A stretch of 64,000 nucleotides of DNA from Mizuhopecten yessoensis (taxonomy: Eukaryota), in assembly GCF_002113885.1 (NCBI RefSeq), contig NW_018480078.1, forward strand, positions 1,856,607 to 1,920,606. Reading direction: 5' to 3'. Both the position numbers and the translations under genes were made by a program. Shown piece after piece: positions 40,898 through 52,668 of the stretch (its first letter is position 1; each line of letters opens with the position of its first letter). The notes beneath the pieces were generated by a model. It was given only the letters and a program-made list of their open reading frames with translations. It was not told the origin of the DNA and made no database searches.

Positions 40898-43664
40898 CTG
40901 ATAAGCGTCATCCAACCACACCTGGCAACTAATAGCACTGTCCAATAACTGGACGATTAAATCAAATCAACCTCGACATTATTGCATTCTTATTAATTAT
41001 ATAGTATACTGATTTAACGATAGATTTCCAATTCGGGTGGAAATGAATGAACTCTATTATTTGTAAATATTCTTTATAAAAATTTAATTTATAAACGATC
41101 GCAAAGTAATTCAGACCATACTTTCCGTATCGGTGAGGTCAAATTTTAATACTATAACTCATGAATTACCAAGAGATATCTAATCTTCAAGTCAAATCGA
41201 CCTAATATAGTGTCAGCTGATATACAACATTCAAATATAGAATAAGATATTCTAAGTGGTCCCTATAGCATTATAATTCTCCATTATCTATTTGGATACA
41301 ACGCCTTCGTCGGTAAAAAAAACCGCCAAACCCCCTTTTTATGTACGTACGAGTACTCTAGTATAGTAACACACAATCGATGCCGCTAAGACAAATTGGT
41401 TTTTATATTGGCGTTTAATGCGCCGAGTCTAACCTTTATATGGCAACCTAGAAGTCTACGATGTAGACAAATTGACCTGAATATGTTCCCTGAATATGAC
41501 TAATGATCATGTCTGCCGATTTAAGTACATTTTGTACAAGGATGACCATCGAGGCCGGTCAATATTCAATCCAGCGATGCAGTAAAATGGTCCCATAGCA
41601 TTTTTACGTCTATGTATAGATCGGTAAGGCATACATAACCCAGAGGACACATGAAAAAAAGTGTCAACCCAATTTTCAAACGAATCGGCCAGAAAACACA
41701 ACAATGGTCAATGAGTATAATAACGTAGATACATTTAAAATAGTTTTTAAAGCAGAACCCTAAATATTTCACTACACGTACATAGATATGTAATAACTGA
41801 AAGCTGTAAACGTAAATAATTAAGACGCTGTACAGTTTGATAGTAACGTTCCAGACACAAGATACAGCGCAAACGCCGCCAGGGGCTATAACAAAAGACA
41901 GCGCCAACGATATCGATGGTGGCAGCGCAGTCACATCTTCAGCAGTGCAGTGTCTCCTTCGCGCGCCAAGGTCACCTTCCGGAGCAGACGACAGCGGCTG
42001 GAGACAGCCGAATAATTATTCAATAGATTGGTGGGATTCTACATCCCTCGGCAGACGACGTATTATCCATTTTTATTTCTGCCTAATTCAGTACCAGAGA
42101 GGAAAGGGAAAGGTCTGTATAGCGAAAATCGCATGATCGTAATCGGTTGAACACCAAACTATCAGACATCGATCTTGATTAGGTAAATGTTTACCTCGGA
42201 GCGTCTACAAAGCCTACTATTTCCGTCCCTTACCGAGTGCTGGTCTTAGTTACAGCCGTCTGGTCCATTCCTGCAAAACGAGATTAGCTCGGGTTCCGTG
42301 TTATACTATGTCTAACAAAATCCTTCCTATATCAGTAACATTTTTAACTTGGAATAAAATAAACACCCTTTGCAGACGATCGAAAGATTATGGGTGTTCC
42401 CTCTACTAATCTCGTGTTTTGAAGGCCGATCTGGTCGTTCCTTAGTATACATTCTTCTCCGCCAACAAATTAGCTGTGGGTGTTTTAAACCAATTTTGAA
42501 ATGGATTCCAAAGAATGTCGTACCCGACACTTTAATAAAACGAACTCGCCATTGTAACAACCTATAACAATTACACAGGTGTGTGTATTGGGTAGGTTTG
42601 TATTTGGATAAATAAGCACATCGCCTACAAATACTATATGCCAATAGTAAGGTCTCAGCATTCCAAAGTCTAGCTCGAGTGATTCCATGTTCTTAAGCCG
42701 TTGGTACAAAAGCACTGTTCATAACAACATAGATCTAAGTATAGCTTGTTCTACATGTTTATATCAACCGGAATCTAAGCAACATGGAACAAACACTTTG
42801 ATTGTCTTGCCGAGCTGACAACAAAGGCAAAGTACATGTTACAAACACCTAGACTGCCTTACATAATGGAATACATAGAAACGTCGAACCACCTTTTTAT
42901 TGACATTAATGTCAGATGTTAAAAGATCGATATAAGGTCAAAAATATGAAAACTGTAAAATTCTAGGTGTTTATCAGCCAATCAGCTTTAACAATATCTG
43001 AATTTCTTTGAATTTATAAATATAAAAAATAAATAAAGTTACACAACAAACAGATCCCAATTATTCGGGAATAACACTCGCTTTTCACCTTTGTCGCATA
43101 TTCCAGCATTTTTCAACATTTGCATATCTTGCCTAGAACCGTCTGTCTGAAGTTGGAGCTCTGCCTAAGTGATGTGTTTTCCTGTCTCAGACAGACACAT
43201 CGATACAATGTCATTCTGAGACTACAATAAAGTCAGATTACAGTCTATGTAAGGGGGCTTCTGTCTTGCCCAGGTAGTGTACTACACACCTTACTCGTCT
43301 GGACAGACATGTAACATCCTTTGACCGGCTGTCCACACTCCCGTTTCTTAAAATTATTGCAGGTCTTTTGGTTTTTTTTATTCAATAATTACCCCAATCA
43401 TGTTTGTTAAAAGTATATGTATCATAGTTCTATTTATACATATGCGTTGTTTTCATTGGCACAATAAAAGGCCAAGTGTTTAAATATGCTAGCAGAAAAT
43501 ACCTTCACTAACATTGCCAATCCAAGAACAAATCCTAACTGAATGTCATGAGGCCTTTTAGAGCCAATCATGTGAAATGACTTTAAATTTAACATTTCAA
43601 AGGGAAAGATGATTTATTTACAATACACACATGTGAAGGTTCGGAAAACGAGCATGCATGCTTT

Positions 43665-43850
43665 GTAGCTTCTCGTGTCGTCAGAGGCGACTATCATGGG
43701 GCCCCTGCAGAACCGGGGGTTTGCTCTGTGTCTTTTACTTGGGGGGAATTGAAAAAAAAAGAAAAGAAAGTGATCTACTGTCCCTCTTTGTTTCCAATTA
43801 TGCCTATCCGTGAACCCATGTTAATAAGACCCTGACTGTTGTTGAGATAA
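43665..43850 (+). mobile_element. decayed SINE body/tail remnant
   Basis: GTGTCGTCAGAGGCGACTA hairpin and a GACCCTGACTGTT tail resemble mollusc SINE motifs (from memory, unverified); a related reverse tail may lie at about 25670-25715. Confidence 0.3.
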
Positions 43851-45512
43851 CATTCACCCCCATACACAAAAACATACACACAAACCATTTATATCCAACG
43901 TCAAATACATAAATGAACTGGGTTCTTTAATTTAATAGGTTCGTTAAGAGAACTGATAAAAGATGCAATGGTTATAAGGTTTCGATCGTGCTTTAGATGA
44001 TTATGATTAGAGTTATATATTTCTAATTGAAGGCTAATTGACGCATATGAACTTAACGAAATTCACAGAGAGTGACTTTTGTACTACTAGCTTCCGATCG
44101 ACTGTTTTTAAACAGTAACAAACAGCATTAAGTCAACATTCCTCAAAATACCCGTGAAATTGCTGCCCACATATGTCATTACTGAAATGCTGAAATAGAA
44201 ATTTATGTGACAGGTTCTTTAACCAAAGGGAATGATATTAAACAACCATTATTACTGGCTGTTAGTGCAAAAAGTTGGCAGGAAATGTCAACCAGTTGCT
44301 GAATCATCGAATCGACCATTCGGATGAATCCACAAAATGGCGTTGTTGCGAAATTGAAGTCTCATTACAATGTCTGTTGATTCATCGCCTCCACTCTGAC
44401 CTCATCAGCGCTAACTACGTAGAATAGGAAAGACTCGCGTGGCTGTACGCTGTATCTATAAATCGTTAGGAATCGATCGTGCCCAATGTTGATAGAAACT
44501 CGATCTCTCAATTGACCTTAATTTTGACACGGTCTGAGACTACACATGGCTGGGTTTGTTTACTATGAGTGTGCGTAAAATCTACTGGTTCATCCATTGA
44601 TCTTATCTTGACATCATCGATGCTGCTTGCTCTTCTGGGACAATGAGATTTGCTACTCGAGTACTACTTACTAGTCATAGGCCTATATATATATAGACAC
44701 CGATTGATTCAGCGCTAGATACGAGTCACAAAAGTAAATGAATCATGCTGTTAGGAAATGGCGACTCACTTCGGTTGCTGGCAAAGTAGTACGGTATGAT
44801 TGGGGTTGTTGCTAAATACGCATCTACGACTGTTTGTAATGGTAATTTGTAACGGTAAGTATATATGACCAATATACCACACAGGTGAGCCCACGCAATT
44901 TCTGGAAGATTGATTCTAGACTAGATCATTCCGGCTGCTTCTCACTTGTCTCGAGGTATCGTAGTGCCGTAGTACATAACGCTAGATAGAGCATTACAGG
45001 CGCTGTACCAACAAATAGCAAGGGTGCTATTAATGTAGGGAACAGGGTCGTCGCAGAAACAGATTGCTTGGTTTGCGCAATAAAAAATATTTACCAATGA
45101 TTTCCAGAATTAGGATTTTTTTCATGCCTACATTTCGATCTGGTGTTCAATAAAAAACATATACATATAAATGCACGAAGAAAACTTTTAAAGTATTCGG
45201 AATAGAATGTACGGTGGTGTTTTATGTTACTTGTGTGAAACTTGTATTGCGATGCGTATATTTCATGGTCGTCGACAGCAAATAAATTCTTTACGTATAA
45301 AGCATAAAGCATGGATTTCCTCTAAAAGTGTGTTTCTTCTTTTAATGCGTTTAAAACGGAAAAAAAGGAAATCTTACGTACTTGAACTACGAAGGAAATA
45401 TAACATACTTAAAGTGGAGAATATACCACAAGTGTTGATATTATTGCATGACACCCAAACCTTTTTGCGGTTGAATGAATTTGGAATCGACAAATAGTTT
45501 AAGCCTACAAAA

Positions 45513-45727
45513 CAGGGTCCGTATTCACGAAACCCTTTCAATCTCAAGCATGGAGACTATGCTTAAGCCAGCTTTTTTGTAACGCAACTAAATCATGTGA
45601 GACCGTCAAAAAGTCAGATGTAGCCATTATGTGTATTGTTTACATATCCATCACCTGAAGAAGAAAATGGGTTTGAGCACAGAATCGGAATATGAGTATG
45701 AGAACGGTGTCATGAATACGTACCCTG
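45513..45727. mobile_element. MITE with 18-bp TIRs (Harbinger- or hAT-like)
   Basis: CAGGGTCCGTATTCACGA ... TCATGAATACGTACCCTG, a 16/18 inverted match. Confidence 0.7.
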
Positions 45728-46837
45728 GACCTTGTTCCAGCTATTTGGATGTTCCTGCATTAGATAAACTGTTGTTTAAAACAAATCACGAACCATTAAG
45801 TTCTATTCTGAAAGATCAAATTGAATATGCATTGTTATTTTAACCATCAATATTAGAATACACGCTTCTTCGGATCATGGAATACGTTTGAACGTACCTG
45901 CGATGCATACCATTATAAATGTTAAAAGTGTACATTACTAACCTGAAACAAATATTGGATTCACATTTTAAAACTTGGCAAATATTATGAAACAGTCCCC
46001 GTTTCTATGAAATGTTGGTATATATGTTGATGTAATATAATTGTTCACAACTTATATTACCAAAATAATAATTTTGAATATATTTTTACCTTATGAAACA
46101 GTGACTCGGCAAACGTCTATTACATCGGATACCGGAGATTGCTGTATTATTATCATAACATTGTCACCTTCGATTATCACCATACCTGTGTCCTAACAAG
46201 CCCTATGTCTCATTTAGAGAACGATATGATTGCGTACCATGGTCGCCCTCGTCAATCGACATTATTAACCCTCTACCACAGACTGAGAAAATAATAGAGC
46301 CGGCGCGACAAAGATCAGCCGCTATGTGGGTTTGATTGTGTCCGTTAAGGTATAGCTCGTGATTGAAAGGCTTAATCAACTCGAAAGGAAACAATTTCGT
46401 TATATATCATCTTCATCATCAAATCACGAAAAGATAGCGTGGTACAAGGAGAGGAGACAATAATGGTAAGACATTGGAGATACTAAATAACCTACTGAAG
46501 ATCTGAAATGTACTTAAACAAAACAAAATTGATTTCCTAACCGACAGTCTTAGATTGAAACATCATTTCTCCCACAACCACTGTAGGTTTCCTCACTCAT
46601 GACTCATTGGATAAACTTGCTCGGAGTGGGTAAACATGTTTGGTTACCCACTAGTGGGTAACACCCTGGACGTGTTTTCATTTGTCAGTCTTTGATTTAT
46701 GACGTCACGTAAGAATGCTTTTCAACGTCATTTTCCATTGTGACGTCATGCTCTATGGCAATTGTTCCACCATCAATACACACATGGTGTATTTTCCAAT
46801 TGAAAAGTGTGGTTTTTCAGATAATGTTATGGGAGAA

Positions 46838-47012
46838 ACAGGTCCCCAAACAGGTGATGATTAGTTATCACGTTTATCTAACCCTCGTTAGACAATTTTC
46901 ATATTGTAAAAGATACTCGGTAAACCTAGTATCTTGATACAATTTGAAGATTAACTAACTCGAGTTAGATAAACATGATAACAAAACACCACTCGTTGAG
47001 GCACCTCTATAA
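46838..47012. mobile_element. old palindromic (foldback) MITE
   Basis: Arms GTTATCACGTTTATCTAAC...AAGATACTCGGT and ACCTAGTATCTT...GTTAGATAAACATGATAAC pair imperfectly over about 80 bp. Confidence 0.7.
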
Positions 47013-47390
47013 CGCTTCTGTAGGTCAGTGTTTTTTTTTATTTTTTCTGCTGATCAGACGAGGCTGGCCACATTATGTGTGCTTTCCTCTTAAGACTTTT
47101 CTTTATTTTTTCCGATTCTCCGCGCCACAATCCTTTATTTCTATTCTCCTGCTATTGTATTCAATTAATATGTATATATTACATGTATGACACGTATGTA
47201 AGCATTGTGGACTCAACATTTTTTTTATGAAACCACTCAAAATCATTTTTTCCACGATATTATGTTATAGCAGACATACTTATCATTTTTTCTAACATTT
47301 AACGCAGTCCGGATTACGGTTGTGTATGTGAAGTGAAAGTACTACGATCGGGATTCCATGCACTGTTGTAATACTGTGTTCAGTACTCAC

Positions 47391-47427
47391 CTTTCAAATT
47401 TGCATGGCTTCCACGAGAGACCGCCAT
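47391..47427 (-). CDS. candidate first coding exon, MAVSRGSHANLK plus a phase-1 G
   Basis: Strong start context ACAATGGCG and consensus donor AAG|GTGAGT, next to a CpG-rich motif cluster. Product not recognised. Confidence 0.5.
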
Positions 47428-47462
47428 TGTGAAAACATTTCGAAGTGTGTAAGGACATTATA

Positions 47463-47651
47463 CATACCTGAATCCTAAACCTCCGAGACACACGAATGGA
47501 GCACTTCCGGAAATAGGGAGATACTAATACGAGCACGGAGGCGGGTGATTCCGGGTCATGTGGACGGAATGCGGGAGATTTGTATGACCCGCGCGGGTCA
47601 TGAGTTGGTCGCGGGTGATAGGTTAATTTTGCGGGTCATTTAGCAGGTATG
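47463..47651. mobile_element. MITE with CATACCTG...CAGGTATG ends and internal GCGGGTCA repeats
   Basis: 8-bp terminal IR, repeated (G)CGGG(T/A)(C/G)A motifs and an 18-bp perfect palindrome ATGACCCGCGCGGGTCAT at 47584-47601. Confidence 0.55.
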
Positions 47652-47737
47652 CACTGTGGTGTTTGCGTGACATGATATATATATTTACATTAACATGTAT
47701 ATAGTTTGTTTTGTATAGTAACTGAAGCAAAAATACG

Positions 47738-47781
47738 TTTGAATTTCCCGCTTATCTTATCAGTGACGTCAGTAAGTTCAA
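47738..47781. promoter_or_regulatory. CHR-like + E2F + CRE motif cluster
   Basis: TTTGAA-TTTCCCGC (47738-47751), TGACGTCA (47764-47771) and a further TTCAAA; ETS site ACTTCCGG at 47503-47510. Confidence 0.4.
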
Positions 47782-48199
47782 ATCCCAGAACAGCCGACAT
47801 TTCCAGAAGAAATAATATAGTCCCTCGAACGTGTCATTGAAAACCACACGCACATAAAATGGTTTGAACACAAACTTTACTTTATTATTTATTTCATATG
47901 AGTGTGTATATGTTGAAAAAATGTTAATAATTGCATAACTTCTGCTTGTTTAAAATTAAAGCTGTTTTCGCGCATTGATAGATTACATGCATTTTGAAGT
48001 GATGCGGCGCTGAACGGACTTGATTGTTTCCTCGGAACCGCTTATGTTTCCTTCGACTGGAATATTAAGTTATTTTCAGAAGCATATATACTCGGAAATG
48101 TGTGGTCCTTTCAGTAGGTGATAACGATTCCAAGGACATTTCGTTTGAAATAGATTCCATGTCTAATCGATCAGATTAGCATCGCTAGCTGATGACTTT

Positions 48200-48390
48200 C
48201 ACAGGGGCTCGGTTTCGTGATTTTGAGTAATGGATGACATCAGTTAATAACCATAACACTAAAATTCAGAATTTCTAAAACCTTGTAAAAGTCGAGGGTA
48301 TGGACAAGGTTTTAGAAATGCTGAATTTTAGAGTTGTGGTTATTCACTGATGTTATACATAACTCAAAATCTCGAAACCGATCCCCTGTG
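48200..48390. mobile_element. foldback MITE with ~87-bp arms and a 10-bp TSD
   Basis: CACAGGGG...CCCCTGTG long imperfect IR; flanks TGATGACTTT and TGATGACGTT match at 9/10. Confidence 0.85.
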
Positions 48391-49622
48391 TGATGACGTT
48401 GACAAACTTGGTAATTTCGTATCTAGAATGGCGCTTACAATAATTTTGTGGTACTTACACATCTTGTAATAAATTTATATTGTCATAATTTGTCAAGTTG
48501 CTTTATTGTTTTGCGATAACCTATATTGCTAAATGCTAACGAACCCAGAATGTTTTCCGACTATAGGCCTATTGATACCGAAAGTATCGAGAGGCCATGT
48601 TTGTTTACCTTGTACCAGCTGTATTCCTACACTGGTCGTATCACTGTAAAGTGTAGTATACAGTCTCATATACTGCAATTTGGTTTACTAACGACATATA
48701 GGCAAATGCAACACAGAATGTAAATATATACATGTGTGTGTGCTATATGGTGTATTTCAGTGTCACCTGTCGCGCTGTTTATATTTTAATGTAGAATCTA
48801 TATACTTACTGTGTTATAATACTTACTACATATAGCTCTCATGATATCGACCTTTGTATGACTGAAAAAATGCAAACTACGTCATTAAATTATAAACTAT
48901 TTATAACGACCCTTTCTGTTTACACTACATGTTGCGATGGTTCGAAAGTTCATGTGGCTAATTCGTGCGGTAGATTTTAGATAATAATCGACGTGGCAAG
49001 GTTAGAAAAATAGCCACTGGTCAAGTTGGGGGAGTACTACGTCCATGTCACATGCTTACGTACTGTAATCTCAAACGAAGTTTAAGGTGGACAATATCTC
49101 GAAAACAACAACAGATTTAATAGATCGTAAATGTTTATTAAACTTTTCAAAAATAACTGTACGGGGATTATGAATTATATACCAATATAAGTGTACGTCT
49201 GTCTGACTCTAAAAATAGCCGTATATAAATTGTAAATTCACTGTCAGGTTCTTGTCGCTCAAAAATTTTGTTAATCTAAGAATCGTTTTTCTCACAAATA
49301 TTACTATTATCTAAAATCTATGGTAGTATGAAATAATCGCGAAAATCAATGATGGTATGAAATTTTCGCAAAAATCTATGGTAGTAGGAAGTGCATTCAA
49401 CAGACGATGTGACCATTTAGACGTCGCTCTCTGTATATCTTCTTCTCAAGGACATCAGGTGGAGTCTGAACGTAATGATTTGCATTCTTGTATTGCTTCC
49501 GAATGACCAGAAACAACATCGTTGCAGACAGTAATTGTTCCGATATTGTCCTAAACAGAAAACCTGGCGAAGATTGGAACGACACACATTCCTGAGTCAT
49601 GTTCTCATTAACGCTGACTGGA

Positions 49623-49672
49623 GTCAAGGCTACCGCTGTATCTGACAGGAGGGATACAGCGGTAGCCTTGAC
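49623..49672. repeat. perfect 20-bp inverted repeat with a 10-nt loop
   Basis: GTCAAGGCTACCGCTGTATC / GATACAGCGGTAGCCTTGAC. Confidence 0.95.
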
Positions 49673-51329
49673 ATAAAAGTGATGCTGGGAAAAAAGTATC
49701 GTCCAGGACCAAAGAAAAAAAGAATGGCTAATAAAAGCATCCCGTGGTATCAACACAACATCATAAAATTGGAAATCAAAGACCAATGAGAAAGAAAATC
49801 ATCAATATTAAACATGACCCAAAAGGGCATACTTTATCGTTAAAAAATTCACAGTCATAAATAATTTCAACACACATTTATATAGTGTCTATTCCAGTTG
49901 GAAAAGGTTCATTCATTAAGTAAACTAAGGGAGTACTTAAAAGGGTCTGTTTGTGTTTATATTTATGCAATAAATGTGTTCACTGTGAAAACAGTACCAT
50001 TAGTAGTTTGTGTGGGGCGTGCAATAATTCATCTCGACTCTAAAGAATTCAATTTTAAAGTATTTAACATTCATATAATTCCATGAAGATATATCTAGCT
50101 GTATTGCGTTTGGTTTGATTTGATTTGATATCGGTGCGTTTGTTTGTAAAGTTGACATGGCGCATGTTAGAAACTATTAATTTTGAAACAAAAATGTTTT
50201 GAAATTTATTTCATTATGTTTACTATGATGATGGCATCCAGATATTTACCAACACTTATCTGATACACAATTCAAAAATATGTATAAAAATAACCGTAAG
50301 GACACACACATCTGAATCTGTTCTATGGTATGCCAAAAATGAATTACACTTCACCTTACAGCTGTTTTGTAATTATGGGACACATCAGGGAAGCCAGAGG
50401 GGGGAAAAGAGCAGTAAAAAAACAAGAGGAAATTCCAGAACTAAAAACGATTTGTAGATTGAATTGACCAATCACAGCGCCAGTTTGTCAGAATCCTGGC
50501 CAAGTTGGCGAGCCTAACTGTTCTTAGACTACTGTTTGGTTTACATACATTCCTAGTCCGCGACTAACTCCTAATGTGAACGTTGCAACTACATCCGCTT
50601 GTCCTTTGAACTAGCATGTTTACTTATCTTCCCATATCAGAATATCATTTGAAATGTATCCTTCAGCAAGAAATATGTAAACAAACATCAGACTATTGAC
50701 CCTCCGTTATTTCCTTTTGTCCTTAATTATTTACATGTTTAACGTCAAACTTAATACTCTGTAGCAATATTTAGTTCATACCAAACAAACAAATAATATC
50801 CTGTACTAATCTTCTAAAGAAACAAATACTAAGTGATAATATATGGTTAATGTTTATTTGGAATGGAATGAGATTCAAACATTTACTGTAGATTTCTATT
50901 TTGTGTACGACCATATGATAAGAGACCCATCCACCTAAGTCCTATTGTCAGTTTTTAAAAGTCAAATCTAAAGTCTAATCTTCGATTTTTTAAATAAAAT
51001 GAAACATTCATTATTGTCTCTTACGAGCATGTGTAGAATCACGGGGGCGTGACACGTGAGTGATGGAATAATAAGAGGGTCTTATACATGAAAAATGGAC
51101 TGGAGAACGTTGCCCAGGAAAGGTGTGGCTTCCCCTACCAGGGTTCTACATGGTGGGGGGACGCCCAGGGTACCTGTGAAACCATGAGATATAATTCTGT
51201 GACCAAATAGCCGAGTCGCGTCCGGGTACTTATTACCTCCCCTGGCTGCTTAGGTTGCATTCCACCAAGTTAATATAAAAAAAAAGGTATCACACACAAC
51301 TTCTTTTTATACTCGTCTCGTATCCATAT

Positions 51330-51556
51330 AAGGGTTGTTGTATAAATAGGGGGTCGGACACGGGAAATATGGACTTTTGTAATTATAGGGGTCGTAGTAT
51401 ATAAATAGGGTTCTGACACATGAGGTATGGACTTTTATAAGTATAAATAAGGGGTCGGACACATGACATAATGATTTGTATAAGGGTCGTTTATAAATAC
51501 GGGTAGGACATGGGATATCAACGTATTATAGTTTAGGGCTCGCTGTAGTATAAATA
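51330..51556. repeat. degenerate tandem repeat (GTATAAATAGGGGGTCGGACAC..., about 45-60-bp units)
   Basis: The TATAAATA..GG..GGACA motif recurs 4-5 times. Confidence 0.7.
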
Positions 51557-51948
51557 TTTGTGTGTGTACGTAGTAAGTACGTTAATAGTGAAGACGGGAA
51601 AACACGGGTCGATAGTTCAGGTAGCAATTCGCGTGGGACTGGACCTATTGTTGTGTCGAGGTCAGAAACTGTCCTCTGGCGAGGTTACAGTTATATAAGT
51701 AACTCTGATTCTCCGGGGAGTTGACACTAAGTGAAAAACGATTTTTTCCGGACTCGACTGTCTGCCACCAATTAAACAAAAATAGTTTTGATAGAATGTG
51801 GGTCTGATGACCATTATAAGAAATCAGTAACGTGTAGTATGTTAAGCTATACTCTTAAAGGGAAAATAAAAAACCCTTTTTTATCTTAGTATATATTAAG
51901 TTAATAAAGAGAAGAATTTGTGTGGGTCATGAACTGGGAGGAGTAGGC

Positions 51949-52039
51949 TTAACTCATTCACCCCTGAAATTTCTTAATGAACTATTCCAATCTTTGAATT
52001 TGAAGGGTTCAAATGTGTCTTCAGGGGTAAATGAGTTAA
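51949..52039. mobile_element. 91-bp TTAA MITE, copy 4
   Basis: TTAA-CTCATTCACCCCTGAA ... TTCAGGGGTAAATGAG-TTAA. Confidence 0.9.
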
Positions 52040-52085
52040 TACATACAACATACTGAACATCATCTATAAGGGGATTCCTTATACA

Positions 52086-52417
52086 TGTAACAGGAGCGGG
52101 AAAAATTGCACGTTCGAACCCTGGAACCTCCGAACTCTAGACGGATGCTCTTACCAATTGAGCTACCTGGTCGCCAGCAATCGACCCAATCTAGTTCCGC
52201 TACATCCCTCCCTCCTTTAACAATCCCTTTGACCTGAAGACACACGAGACCATTTACCACTTTCCGTGTGCATATTTCATTGGGCGCCAAATGTAACAGG
52301 AGAAAGAGAAATGCACGGCCTGACTGTGATTCGAACCCGGGTCCTTCCGAACTCTAGAAGATATAACTAGTTTAGCTACCTGTTCGCCGGCGACCGACCC
52401 AGTCTATTTCCGCTACA
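52086..52417 (-). mobile_element. non-autonomous mini LTR retrotransposon (TRIM) with tRNA-derived LTRs (Ajax-like)
   Basis: Two direct repeats TGTAGC...GTTACA (52417-52292 and 52204-52086). PBS TGGCGCCCAA lies 2 nt after the 5' LTR; PPT AAAGGAGGGAGGGA abuts the 3' LTR; each LTR has A-box- and B-box-like motifs. Confidence 0.88.
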
Positions 52418-52668
52418 CTCATACAGCGATATTCCGCTATTACCGATTTGTTTCAGTTGCAGAACGTTTTCATATTAAAGGTCGTTTATTAAATAAGATT
52501 GTGGGTGTGGATAGCGCACTTGCCTTTCGCAAAGGCGGCCGGGGTTCGATTCCCCGATCGAACGTGAAAAGGTTGGGGTCACCTGCCTGAACACGTGGGT
52601 TTTCTACGGGTACTCCGGTTTCCTCCCACAATAAGACAAAAAACCCACGCGCTAACAACCGGGCCAAC

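Noticed and set aside
8507-47427. Stitching phase-compatible minus-strand mini-exons into one protein
   Set aside because: Hand-picked splice sites in 40 kb of AT-rich DNA will often be phase-compatible, and the product resembles nothing I recognise.
49397-49786. 129-aa minus-strand ORF, and other 60-134-aa ORFs outside the LINE
   Set aside because: No recognisable domain, splice context or coding-like composition; consistent with chance ORFs.
50090-50106. Partial match to miR-9 (TATCTAGCTGTAT)
   Set aside because: The seed and hairpin are missing.
52086-52560. Functional tRNA genes
   Set aside because: The A/B boxes belong to LTR and SINE heads; indels break the cloverleaf.
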